A stretch of DNA of 64,000 nucleotides from Candidatus Poseidoniaceae archaeon (GTDB taxonomy: Archaea; Thermoplasmatota; Poseidoniia; Poseidoniales; Poseidoniaceae): positions 100,305 to 164,304 of the forward strand of contig JBJLBB010000001.1 in NCBI GenBank assembly GCA_045568435.1, in the 5' to 3' direction. The position numbers and the translations under genes are program-made. This document shows, one piece after another, positions 39,001-47,521 of this stretch; position 1 is the first letter of the stretch, and every line of letters begins with the position of its first letter. Under the pieces are notes generated by a model. That model ran no database searches. It saw only the letters and a program-made list of their open reading frames with translations, and was not told where the DNA came from.

Positions 39001-39676
39001 AAGTTTAGGCGCTAGAGCGCTGTTAAATTTGACATCAACTTCAACAGTCGATGAAATATACACGATTAAACTGGCTTTGCCAGAAAATTGGCAAGCAGTA
39101 TGTTCGGGAATAATTTTGAGTCCTAATGGAACTTTAATAGAAAATAGCCCTGGATATGTGCAGGAACAATTTACCTCGACATCGTGTGAAATGTATCCAT
39201 TGGATGGTGAAGATTCTGGAGAAGTTGTTTTCAGCATCACAAATGAAGATGGTACATTAATTTGGACTGAATCAAAATCATATACATTTGAGCGAAATAT
39301 TGAAGATTCTTTCAGTCTATCATCTAATATGATTGCTGGTTCAATTGCTGGTGTTCTTGCTATTGCCATATTATCTATAATAATTTTAAAATTTAGAAAT
39401 AATGATGATGAAGTTGGTGAAGAGACAGAAATTATCGCTAAAACAAATTCTGGACCACCCATATCCGGGCCCCCTGTTTCTACATTCCAAGACAACAATA
39501 ATGCTGCGATTACGAATAATCCTGTGCCCAATAATATTATTCAACAACCGACAGATGCTGTGGCATTTAGTGGACCGCCGATTCCTGATACTGGGCTACC
39601 AGTAGGTTGGACACATGAGCAATGGCAATATTATGGACAAAAATACTTAGACAAGTTGAACTCCGGTGGAAACTAA
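36089..39676 (+). CDS. Large secreted surface protein with CARDB/Ig-like repeats, C-terminal TM and conserved-looking tail
   Basis: Signal peptide, repeated N.GN..D motifs (NLG, NTGN, NIGG, NNGNG, NLGN), TM near residue 1085, tail GLPVGWTHEQWQYYGQKYL. Confidence 0.75.
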   Translation: MRGVKFLSLLLLATLALAPLGPLSQSNLDIDIKQNASSKSTGVDLTVNDVSFSYPSTSEQLKYQMFSSNHPIVNFDKPKDLFVVDAVIDVPITIDFTVSNLGTTSSGNFNVIILISHNEYSDFELHNESVSLNSINGGNSATGQKTITPTYSGNHTLQIFPVSSVVDDNPNNDELTRSFTVAYSYFNCDDFTGWSTGTQWSSNSDTALSQGFACHVGNGQSSTYSNNLNTALITPTMDMSNAVDNPTRTNGITFFYTGSILTGDVMKIYVTDSNGIWNEMASISGTIDQVFTDGANWQTWSINHAGAQSPLIPVQQQYFHSQTQFKFEFTSDSVNNDIGLWMDDIVIVYDQKVKQKEYGLTVSGISSNGAVPGSWGKATVEMTNTGNITETFTPTTSGLPANWNLYYSTTTGVSINPAYGITLMPGESKQFDINFQPDSMANQGLYQVTFTANSNQYNMVQSQLNMQFQVIPDRIPEIILPSSIPGCQPGNTCTFEVGVTNIGGATDVFDIQIDSSELPLGWSVALAWSQPISVLSQPGIINDILMTYTVPSDALPDSIGKFDLKIISQNDSSRIDVREIELTASMISDAYVEMELASFSSNWTLNPGETREIYYTIWNNASSQDIFLPSISVRDLGLWVIEQPTQTNMVINSGKQSMFSISITAPEQSQVGDVCPKITPEITSTRSGSVFSGVEFDEIEVSRRDDLIITLIDEPEVFNPGIPNLVNIEIENNGNGPNDANLELIGIPNDWSWELFFDGEIISNPISLSAIYDLDDVKEIQIAITPNSTTLAGSLYQYVAKVSSYDGTFDNNQSDNQIELQATISTNHNIVINTIDSELFSGISNTTLVRASIQNLGNIVENNVLIRAQISSLDTNLQLNPYFTIGGNGIIFELDEFHMLNLNIGQKYDLEVGFIIPENTEIGTKFVVNFDVQSNNGTGLIFQTSQTMIDANYRRSMVVDLYSQNLEIIDESLGARALLNLTSTSTVDEIYTIKLALPENWQAVCSGIILSPNGTLIENSPGYVQEQFTSTSCEMYPLDGEDSGEVVFSITNEDGTLIWTESKSYTFERNIEDSFSLSSNMIAGSIAGVLAIAILSIIILKFRNNDDEVGEETEIIAKTNSGPPISGPPVSTFQDNNNAAITNNPVPNNIIQQPTDAVAFSGPPIPDTGLPVGWTHEQWQYYGQKYLDKLNSGGN

Positions 39677-39846
39677 TGGACTATCCTCCGCTGTGGTATG
39701 CCCTTTGGTTTATGATTTCATTCTGCGGTATTGCGACATGGTATTTGAGGAATTTCACTCAACGAGTGCAATTGACCAGACTAATAGCATTAGTTGGAGT
39801 CGTTTCTATGTTAAGTATGGTATTTTGGACTTTTATTGAATTTTGA
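39676..39846 (+). CDS. Small two-TM membrane protein (56 aa)
   Basis: TAATG overlap with the upstream gene; two hydrophobic helices; its end overlaps the SD of the next gene. Confidence 0.6.
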   Translation: MDYPPLWYALWFMISFCGIATWYLRNFTQRVQLTRLIALVGVVSMLSMVFWTFIEF

Positions 39847-39855
39847 GGAGTTATT

Positions 39856-40344
39856 ATGAAAATAATAGGCATAGAAAACCATCAATGGAAGGATAAATAT
39901 CCCTGTAGACTTCCTGTTTGGTGGGGTAATGTCGGCGAAATTGGAGCTCATCCAAATGTTAGTGGTGTCACTGGTAGAAAAGTGGTTTTAAGAATTGAAA
40001 AAAGATTTACTCGCATTGAGAAATTAATGGCACGTATACTTCGCGCACCAAGAGAGGTTCGTCGCCCATTAGATTCTATGAATAGTGTTCTTTGGGAATT
40101 ATGTAATGGTAAAAATACATTCGCAGAAATTTGCAATTACTTAGATTCCACCTTCCATGAGGACATTGCTCCAGTAGTTGAAAGAACAAAAAGAGGTATT
40201 GAACAATTAAAGAGTCAAAATTTAGTTACTGTATTAGATGATGTATTCAGTGATAAATGGCAGATTGGACGTGGTGTTACGCCTCCAAATCAAAGCCTTG
40301 CACCATTAGACTCAGAACTAAATATCGATGTCGAGGAAGAGTAA
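39856..40344 (+). CDS. PqqD-family (RRE-like winged helix) protein
   Basis: LDSMNSVLWELCNGKNTFAEICNYLDSTF....ERTKRGIEQLKSQNLV matches the PqqD pattern. Confidence 0.6.
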   Translation: MKIIGIENHQWKDKYPCRLPVWWGNVGEIGAHPNVSGVTGRKVVLRIEKRFTRIEKLMARILRAPREVRRPLDSMNSVLWELCNGKNTFAEICNYLDSTFHEDIAPVVERTKRGIEQLKSQNLVTVLDDVFSDKWQIGRGVTPPNQSLAPLDSELNIDVEEE

Positions 40345-41088
40345 TCATTCTCCGGTAGGCTCCCAAACAAGCCTCATTCCAATACCATCGCTTTTTCTAG
40401 TTGATACTGATTTATTTCTCGCAGAACTCCTAGTAGAGTCGCTCTCTGTAAACCAACTACCTCCCCGGTGAACAAACAAATCCTCTGAGTCAACATTGTA
40501 AGCATCCTGTGAAGAAGAATGATTAGAATAGTCCTTTGAATAATTATCCTGGCACCACTCTGAAACATTGCCATAAAGATCCATGATTCCCCAGGGTGTT
40601 GCCTTCTTTTGGCCAACTACTTTAGTGGAAGCACCAGAATTTCCACCATGCCATCCATAATCTCCTAATTCTGAATCTCTATTGCCAAAAAACCACTTAG
40701 ACTGAGTTCCAGACCTCGCAACAAACTCCCATTCGGACTCAGTAGGTAATCGCCAAATTCCAGTTAAGCCCAAGTGCACTTCATCACCATGTAATTCATT
40801 TAATCTGTCAATGAAATTCTTAGCGTCATTCCAAGAAATTCTTTCTACTGGTTGTAATCCTGAACTCCAACCTTCGGTGAATTTAGATGGATTTTCACCC
40901 ATTACTGAGGACCAATGTGCCTGTGTAACTGGTCTTTCACCAATAAAAAAAGGTCTTGATATTTCCACTTCATGGACCGGTTTCTCCCTTTCCAAGCCAT
41001 CGCCAATAAGGTCTCCCATTAGAAATACATCCGGTTCCATTAGAACGTATGTCCCTCCAAAAGAATCTGAAAAGTTTGGCCGACTCAT
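40345..41088 (-). CDS. FGE-sulfatase (SUMF1)-fold protein, probably non-catalytic
   Basis: F.MG, PVHEV, PVERISWNDA, RLPTESEWE, WGIMDLYGNVSEWC, RGGSW; lacks the FGE catalytic Cys pair. Confidence 0.85.
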   Translation of the reverse strand: MSRPNFSDSFGGTYVLMEPDVFLMGDLIGDGLEREKPVHEVEISRPFFIGERPVTQAHWSSVMGENPSKFTEGWSSGLQPVERISWNDAKNFIDRLNELHGDEVHLGLTGIWRLPTESEWEFVARSGTQSKWFFGNRDSELGDYGWHGGNSGASTKVVGQKKATPWGIMDLYGNVSEWCQDNYSKDYSNHSSSQDAYNVDSEDLFVHRGGSWFTESDSTRSSARNKSVSTRKSDGIGMRLVWEPTGE

Positions 41089-41103
41089 GGTTTTTATCAC
41101 CTA

Positions 41104-41634
41104 TTAAGATAATTTATTTGTAGTATCAATAACTGATTCAACAAGTTTTGTTAATCTCTCAATGTGCTCCTTGTCAACTAGATTTCCTTCATCATCAAAT
41201 GCTTCTTTCACTTTACCAATGGCAAGCTGTTCAGGGACAGGCCAAGCATGGAGCCATCTTAGCATAATTCGCATATGATTTAGAGTATTTGAGTTTTGAG
41301 CACCTCCAAGTGTAGACATCAATCCAACCGGTTTTCCTGATATATGCTTACCATATAACCAGTCAAATGTATTTTTCATAGCACCCGACATGGTTCCATG
41401 ATATTCAGGAGATGCTGCTAGAAATGCATCACAACTAGTCGCTAAATCCTGAAACCGCTTGACATTTTCGTTCTCCCAGCATCCTTCTTCGCCAACAATC
41501 GGTAATGGGTCAGTATCTAAATCCCAAAAGATAACTTCTGCACCCTTCTCTTTAGCAATGCCTAGAGCGATGTTTACTAGCAATCCACATTTTGATGTCG
41601 TTCTATACTCACCACTAAGACCTAGTATCTTCAT
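41104..41634 (-). CDS. NADPH-dependent FMN reductase
   Basis: LGLSGEYR, SPEYHGTMSGAMKNTFDW, GKPVG. Confidence 0.88.
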   Translation of the reverse strand: MKILGLSGEYRTTSKCGLLVNIALGIAKEKGAEVIFWDLDTDPLPIVGEEGCWENENVKRFQDLATSCDAFLAASPEYHGTMSGAMKNTFDWLYGKHISGKPVGLMSTLGGAQNSNTLNHMRIMLRWLHAWPVPEQLAIGKVKEAFDDEGNLVDKEHIERLTKLVESVIDTTNKLS

Positions 41635-41733
41635 ATTCTCACCATTTGTACCAAAACAAACCGGTTATTCAATGTAAGTATTTGACCAATCATGGATAAG
41701 CAATGCTTAAGCACGGTAGATGGTGGCTAAAAT

Positions 41734-43905
41734 ATGAACGACATGTATGATGATGACGCTGGTGAAATCGCGGACGATGTAAACAGTGTGGATGACGTCC
41801 AAAACCAAGTTCAATCACAATTGATGATTGGTGAAGAGTGTTCTAAAAATGATGACCCTAAAGGAGCTTTGGCTGCATTCAATAAAGCCATTTCCTTAGA
41901 CCCTTCTTGCGACATGGCTTGGTTTAATCGTGGAGTACTATTAGAGGCCCAGCAAGATGCCAGAGGTGCTAGGCAAGCATTCCAAATTTGCCTTGATGTG
42001 AATCCAAATCATGCACCTGCAACTGCAAATCTATGTATCTTATTGGAACGAATAGGTGATGAAAGTGGAGCATATGAAATGTCTACAAGAGCGTTAGATT
42101 TCTACCCTGGCCATCCTGCAATAATGGAAGTTAGAGAAAGATGTTCAGGTAGTAAAAGTACTAAACCGATGGAACAGATGGCTCAAGTAGTAACAACTGA
42201 TTCTTTCAAAGAAGAAGATATGCAAGAAGCGATGAGTGAAGCAGGATTAGATGATGTCAATGCTGTATTAGAAGAAGCTGTTTACCATGATATGGATGAA
42301 AATAAGAATCTAGATATCGATGAACTCCGCTCCGCAGCAGAAGTTGTTGCTGCTACAGAAAACATTCAAGAGAAAATAGAACTTGTGCAACCCGTTACGC
42401 AATCAATACCTCAAGAACAAGATATAATAGTTCAAGAAGATAGTAAAGTAGAACCAACAATGAATACTGTCGATTTGGATGCATTGGTAGAAGAAGCAAC
42501 ACAATTGATCCGTATTGGAGACCCTGCATCAGGTTTGAAAACATTAAAACCATATCTGAAAAATGAGGCGGCAAACCATGCACCATCTTGGAGAATCGCC
42601 GGAGGTGCAATGGCTAGATTAGATCTTGATGAACATGCCATCTCTGCATTAGAACATGCACAAAAATTAGACCCCTCAAGTGCTAAGGGATGGTTCAATC
42701 TAGGGTCAGTAAAGCAGCGGTTAGGATATCTTGAAGATGCTGGAACATGCTATGCCAACGCTCTACGTGAAGACCCCAATTACATCAAACCTGCAATAAA
42801 ATGGAGTGAAAGTTCTAGAGAAATTAATGATATTGAAGGATATCTAACAGCTGCTACAGTTGTAGTTACATTACAGCCAGACAATCCAATAAGAATGGAG
42901 TTAGTTATTACCTTAATCGAACTTGCTGAGGGAGAATCTGAAGTCTTAGAATTGGCCAGTGGTCTGCCACCAACAATCCCTGCTGGGCCAGAATTAGCCG
43001 CCAATGCCTTGGCACTACTTGGGGAAGGACAATCAGAACTCCATGCAAGAGCACATTCCGCAATGAATAATCATGTTGAATCAGTCACTGTATGGAAAGC
43101 ATTGATTCAAACTGAAAAGAATAATCCAATTCTTTGGCGCGGACTATCTAAATCACTCAAGGCAGCAGGTGATATCGAAACATCAGAAAGATGTAGGATG
43201 AAAGCCGATGCTCTGGATCAAGTAGGCGCTGTAGTAGAAAATAACGTTGCTGAAACTGTTGAGATTACTAATCCAACTAACCAAGTAACTGAAACCGTTG
43301 CACCAGATGCACCTAATCTAGAACAGCAGAATTCTGCTAATGAATTGCTACTAACGCCTGTAGAGCGACAGCAAGAGGTTGTTGCAGAGGTAGAATCAAA
43401 CCCACAAGTTGATTTGGCAAAAGCAGCATTAGATGTTCAACAAAATTCGTTGGTATCAGAACAATTCAAAAATCCAGTGTCAAACTCAATAGCAAACCAA
43501 GATATATCTTGGTACAACCAAGGAGTAGCATTGATTGAAGCAGGTAAATATAGTGAAGCATTATCATGTTTTGATAGAGCGCTGCCTTCATTTGCTAATG
43601 ATGATGAAATGGTAATTAGAATCTTGAATGGTAGAGGGAATGCATTTTATTATTTAGAAAACTATCCAGCATGTGTTGAATCATACCATCAAGCAATGCT
43701 GATTAGACCTGAGGATGTAAGAGGTAAAACTCTGTACAATATGGGTACAGCATACGCAGAGATGGAAAGGTATCAAGATTCTATAAAATGTTTCGAACAG
43801 GCAATTCCGCGTGGATTAAATAAGGAAGAAATAAAGAGAACTAAAGACCAAATTCGTCGATGTAACATTCTATTGAAAGAGCAAATTAAGAAGCAAAAGA
43901 CTTGA
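41734..43905 (+). CDS. Tetratricopeptide repeat protein
   Basis: Several TPR blocks (AWFNRGV, GWFNLG, WYNQGV, LYNMG) separated by acidic linkers. Confidence 0.85.
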   Translation: MNDMYDDDAGEIADDVNSVDDVQNQVQSQLMIGEECSKNDDPKGALAAFNKAISLDPSCDMAWFNRGVLLEAQQDARGARQAFQICLDVNPNHAPATANLCILLERIGDESGAYEMSTRALDFYPGHPAIMEVRERCSGSKSTKPMEQMAQVVTTDSFKEEDMQEAMSEAGLDDVNAVLEEAVYHDMDENKNLDIDELRSAAEVVAATENIQEKIELVQPVTQSIPQEQDIIVQEDSKVEPTMNTVDLDALVEEATQLIRIGDPASGLKTLKPYLKNEAANHAPSWRIAGGAMARLDLDEHAISALEHAQKLDPSSAKGWFNLGSVKQRLGYLEDAGTCYANALREDPNYIKPAIKWSESSREINDIEGYLTAATVVVTLQPDNPIRMELVITLIELAEGESEVLELASGLPPTIPAGPELAANALALLGEGQSELHARAHSAMNNHVESVTVWKALIQTEKNNPILWRGLSKSLKAAGDIETSERCRMKADALDQVGAVVENNVAETVEITNPTNQVTETVAPDAPNLEQQNSANELLLTPVERQQEVVAEVESNPQVDLAKAALDVQQNSLVSEQFKNPVSNSIANQDISWYNQGVALIEAGKYSEALSCFDRALPSFANDDEMVIRILNGRGNAFYYLENYPACVESYHQAMLIRPEDVRGKTLYNMGTAYAEMERYQDSIKCFEQAIPRGLNKEEIKRTKDQIRRCNILLKEQIKKQKT

Positions 43906-43915
43906 AGGCGATTAA

Positions 43916-45271
43916 ATGAGAAATTCTAACGAACAGGTGATTGAAAAATTCACTGAGGCTGGATTAGAGGAGAAACATGCGAAATTGATTATTGATTTAG
44001 CATGCAACCCGCCGTCAAAAGCTAGTGAAATCGGCAAGAGAGTTGGGGTATCGCGAATGGATGCATATAATTCACTGCGTAAATTGCAAGAGCAAGGACT
44101 AGTAAAGGCTACTTTAGATAAACCAATCCGGTTTTTTGGAATGAGAATCGAAGAAGTATTCCAACAAATTATTAGAATAAAAGAAATGGATTTACGTCGA
44201 ATACAACATAATTTAGAAAATTTAAGTTCGAATTCTGAAATAGCAATAATGTCTGTTGACCAAACATCGGATGAAGATACATTCTCTGTACTGAAAGATA
44301 GGCATACAATAATGGCTACTATAGAATCAGTAGTTGCAGAATCAGAAGAGCAAATTTGGTTACTTCTCGGCAAATGGGGGATTTTGCATATGCTACGCTC
44401 TGGGGCAAAAAAGGCGATAGAAGAAGCCATTAGTCGTGGAGTTAAAATAAAAGTTGTTGCTTCAATTGACAAAAAAACAATTAGATTTTTTGATTCCCTG
44501 GATGACCAAATTGAGATACGCCATCATGAAGATTTCAATCTTAACGGAGTTTTTGTTGATGGAGAGGTTGGCATACAATTTGTTAACACCGAAGATTCGC
44601 CAACAGGACGCGGTAAAGATGATACTGCAATACTAATAGAATCTGAAATGCTATTGAATGCTCTGAGTGGATTGCTTAAGATTCAATGGGAAGCAGCAAA
44701 GTCTTACAGTTCAATTAGAAGTAAAATATTAGATGGAGTTATGACTGAACCGCTTAAACTAATTTTAGGTGAGGGTTCTTTCTATGAAAATTTCCGGAAA
44801 ACTCTACTGGCTGGCATGTCAAGGCAGTCTACAAGTAATGTTATGTTGCGAAAAAATGGTTCCGAAATTAATTTTGGTAATGATTTAGAACGTGAATCAT
44901 TATCTGCGCTTGGAATTGACTCTTCAATTCTATTCGAACATGTAGGTGGCAGAATTGGGCAAGAAATTACAGTAAAATTGCAGCACATAAAAGATGATTT
45001 GGAATTTTGGGATGCCATTATCCAAGAATGGAGTGAGATGGGAATGGGAGAAATTGAAATCAGTGAATTTCCTCCAACAAAAATTATTGTAAAAAATAGT
45101 TCAGCATGTAGTGGCAGTCCAAGTACTTCGAAGTTCCTTTGTAACATAGACGAGAGTGTTTTGAGTGGCATACTACTAGAACGCCATGGACGCAAGGTAT
45201 CTGCTAGTAAACGAGAATGTATAGATACCAATAATAGTTCTTGCTTTTATGAAATAATCTTTGAAGAGTGA
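43916..45271 (+). CDS. TrmB-family regulator with C-terminal V4R-like domain
   Basis: wHTH ASEIGKRVGVSRMDAYNSLRKLQEQGLV, PLD-like effector domain (RGVKIKV, IRH), C-terminal GMGEIE...C...LC...EC......C.YEI. Confidence 0.78.
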   Translation: MRNSNEQVIEKFTEAGLEEKHAKLIIDLACNPPSKASEIGKRVGVSRMDAYNSLRKLQEQGLVKATLDKPIRFFGMRIEEVFQQIIRIKEMDLRRIQHNLENLSSNSEIAIMSVDQTSDEDTFSVLKDRHTIMATIESVVAESEEQIWLLLGKWGILHMLRSGAKKAIEEAISRGVKIKVVASIDKKTIRFFDSLDDQIEIRHHEDFNLNGVFVDGEVGIQFVNTEDSPTGRGKDDTAILIESEMLLNALSGLLKIQWEAAKSYSSIRSKILDGVMTEPLKLILGEGSFYENFRKTLLAGMSRQSTSNVMLRKNGSEINFGNDLERESLSALGIDSSILFEHVGGRIGQEITVKLQHIKDDLEFWDAIIQEWSEMGMGEIEISEFPPTKIIVKNSSACSGSPSTSKFLCNIDESVLSGILLERHGRKVSASKRECIDTNNSSCFYEIIFEE

Positions 45272-45325
45272 AACTTTGATGAAAAACAAGCACAGGTTCA
45301 TAGGTGAGAACCTGATAGCATAGTC

Positions 45326-45706
45326 ATGGATTGTGGAACTTGTGAGACCAGTTCTCCTTTAGAGATGCATAAACCCGAAGTTGTTGATGTCAATTTATCA
45401 ATTTCAGACAATGCTGTAAAGATGTTGGGTGATGCATTTGGCGAGGACCGTTCTATGGCTTTACTTGTAGGAGTACTTTCCGGTGGTTGTTCTGGATATA
45501 TGTATGACTTACAGATTGTAGAAAATACTGATGTTGATTGCCAAGAAATCAATATTGATGGTTTTAGAGTACTTATTCCTAATTCATCTAGCCACCTTCT
45601 AAATGGGATTCAAATTGACTATGAAGATCGTCTTATGGGCGGTGGATTCAAAATTATCAACCCTAATGCTGAATCTTCCTGTGGCTGTGGAGAATCTTTT
45701 TCTTGA
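45326..45706 (+). CDS. A-type Fe-S carrier (IscA/HesB family)
   Basis: GGCSGYMY, NPNAESSCGCGESF. Confidence 0.93.
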   Translation: MDCGTCETSSPLEMHKPEVVDVNLSISDNAVKMLGDAFGEDRSMALLVGVLSGGCSGYMYDLQIVENTDVDCQEINIDGFRVLIPNSSSHLLNGIQIDYEDRLMGGGFKIINPNAESSCGCGESFS

Positions 45707-45715
45707 GGACTTATT

Positions 45716-46420
45716 ATGCCCAAAGCGGCATTTAGTGACTGTTATGTCACAATATGGAGAGGTGGAGATTGCCTCACTTTCTTGGACGGTTTGAGTTCTA
45801 ATCAAATCGTTAATTTAAAGGAAAATCAGGTAATTCAAAGTTCAATTCTGGATAAAAATGCCAAAATCATTGACTTTGTTACAATATTGCACTTAGGTGG
45901 ATTTTTAGCAATCGTTGGACATGAAAATAACTTTCAAACAATGTTAGACTTTGTTACTCCCAAAATTTTGCAAAGTGATGTGAGTATTACTGATATTACT
46001 AAACTAAATGATGTCGCGATTATTTTCGATGAAGATAATTCGATTCCAATAGCTACCTGTCAAACCATTGATGAAGTCACATATGCGAGAATTAGGCCAA
46101 ATTTGACATATTGTATTGCAGGGAAAAAGGTAAATTTTGGTGGCGATAAGATGGGTGATGACTTCCATGAATGGAGAATTACTAATCTCATTCCTTGGTA
46201 TGAATATGAAATTAATTCTAAATCAATACCTTACTCTTGTGGACTAAACCAATATGTTCATGATTCCAAAGGGTGTTTTACAGGTCAGGAAATATTAACT
46301 AGAATGCGCACTAGAAATCGCGGAATCAAAATTCTAAAGTGTATTATGAATTCTGATGTTACTAAAGAGAAAGTTACAACAAAGGGCCTTGAAAAGTCCC
46401 TAGTTATTGTCAATCAATAA
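45716..46420 (+). CDS. YgfZ/Iba57-like folate-binding Fe-S maturation factor
   Basis: KGCFTGQEILTRM matches the KGC(Y/F)xGQE signature; G.D...FL.GL.SN N-terminus. Confidence 0.8.
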   Translation: MPKAAFSDCYVTIWRGGDCLTFLDGLSSNQIVNLKENQVIQSSILDKNAKIIDFVTILHLGGFLAIVGHENNFQTMLDFVTPKILQSDVSITDITKLNDVAIIFDEDNSIPIATCQTIDEVTYARIRPNLTYCIAGKKVNFGGDKMGDDFHEWRITNLIPWYEYEINSKSIPYSCGLNQYVHDSKGCFTGQEILTRMRTRNRGIKILKCIMNSDVTKEKVTTKGLEKSLVIVNQ

Positions 46421-47352
46421 CCAAGAAGTTCGGTAAGTTGCGATTTGTAAAAGTTTCCTGAACCTTGCAAACTTGACAATTCTTCTTCTGTCAAGTCTAA
46501 TTCAATTATTCTCTCAATCCCACCTGCACCAAGTATTACTGGCACACCAATGTAAACATCACTCAAGCCATATTGGCCAGTGAGGTATGCAGAGGCAGGA
46601 ATCATTCTCTTTCGATCATTCAATACAGCCTCTGCCATAATGGCAGCTGCTGAGCCAGGAGCGTAAAATGCAGAACCTCTTTCAAGAAGTTTGACAATTT
46701 CTCCACCACCAGAAGCAGTTCTCTTACAAATAGCATCGATTGTTTCTTCATCTAGTAAATGTGTAATTGAAATTCCACCAACTGTAGTGAAACGAGGTAA
46801 TGGGACCATGGTATCCCCATGCCCACCTAGAACCATTGCATGAACGTCTTCTTCTGAGCAACCAATCGCATCTGCTACAAAGTGTGTCATTCTAGCACTA
46901 TCCAAGACTCCAGCCTGTCCACAAACACGATTTGCAGGGAATCCAGTTACTTTTTGCATATGATAAGTCATCAAATCAAGTGGATTTGTCACCATAATTA
47001 TTGTTGAGTCCGGAGCATGTTGTTTTATTCCTTCACCAACTTGTTTAACAATGCCTGCGTTTTTAGCGATTAAATCCTCACGAGTCATTCCGGGTTGGCG
47101 TGGGAATCCAGATGTCACAACTACCACTTCAGCACCAGCGATATCAGAATAATCAGAGGTCCCAGTAAGGTTTCCATCATAATTTAGAACTTGGCCATTT
47201 TGAGACATATCAAGAGCCTTACCTTTGGCAAAACCTTCATAGATATCTAGTAAAACAATATCACCTAACTTTTTCTGTGCCAAAACAAATGCGCAAGTTG
47301 CACCGACATTTCCCGCGCCAATAACTGCAATTTTTCTTCTCGAACCGCTCAT
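46414..47352 (-). CDS. mdh: Malate dehydrogenase (LDH-like)
   Basis: IGAGNVG, GFPRQPGMTREDL, NPLD, LDSAR, GGHGDTMVP, GGGEIV. Confidence 0.95.
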   Translation of the reverse strand: MSGSRRKIAVIGAGNVGATCAFVLAQKKLGDIVLLDIYEGFAKGKALDMSQNGQVLNYDGNLTGTSDYSDIAGAEVVVVTSGFPRQPGMTREDLIAKNAGIVKQVGEGIKQHAPDSTIIMVTNPLDLMTYHMQKVTGFPANRVCGQAGVLDSARMTHFVADAIGCSEEDVHAMVLGGHGDTMVPLPRFTTVGGISITHLLDEETIDAICKRTASGGGEIVKLLERGSAFYAPGSAAAIMAEAVLNDRKRMIPASAYLTGQYGLSDVYIGVPVILGAGGIERIIELDLTEEELSSLQGSGNFYKSQLTELLGY

Positions 47353-47521
47353 AACTAATCCTCGTTATAATGGCCGTATAGTCGGCCGTCCATAAGTAAC
47401 ATGGTTGGCTAGATATATTTTTGATAGGTCAAAAATTTGTTTTCAAGCGTCTTATCTAAAAACCCCCTCTCATTGGCATCAAATGAGCCCCAAGGTTTTG
47501 CGGCTTGTGAGGTGTAAATCT

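Noticed and set aside
39856-41100. PQQ, RiPP or sulfatase-maturation cluster
   Set aside because: No radical SAM, PqqB/C/E or sulfatase is nearby; the FGE-fold protein lacks catalytic cysteines and is on the opposite strand.
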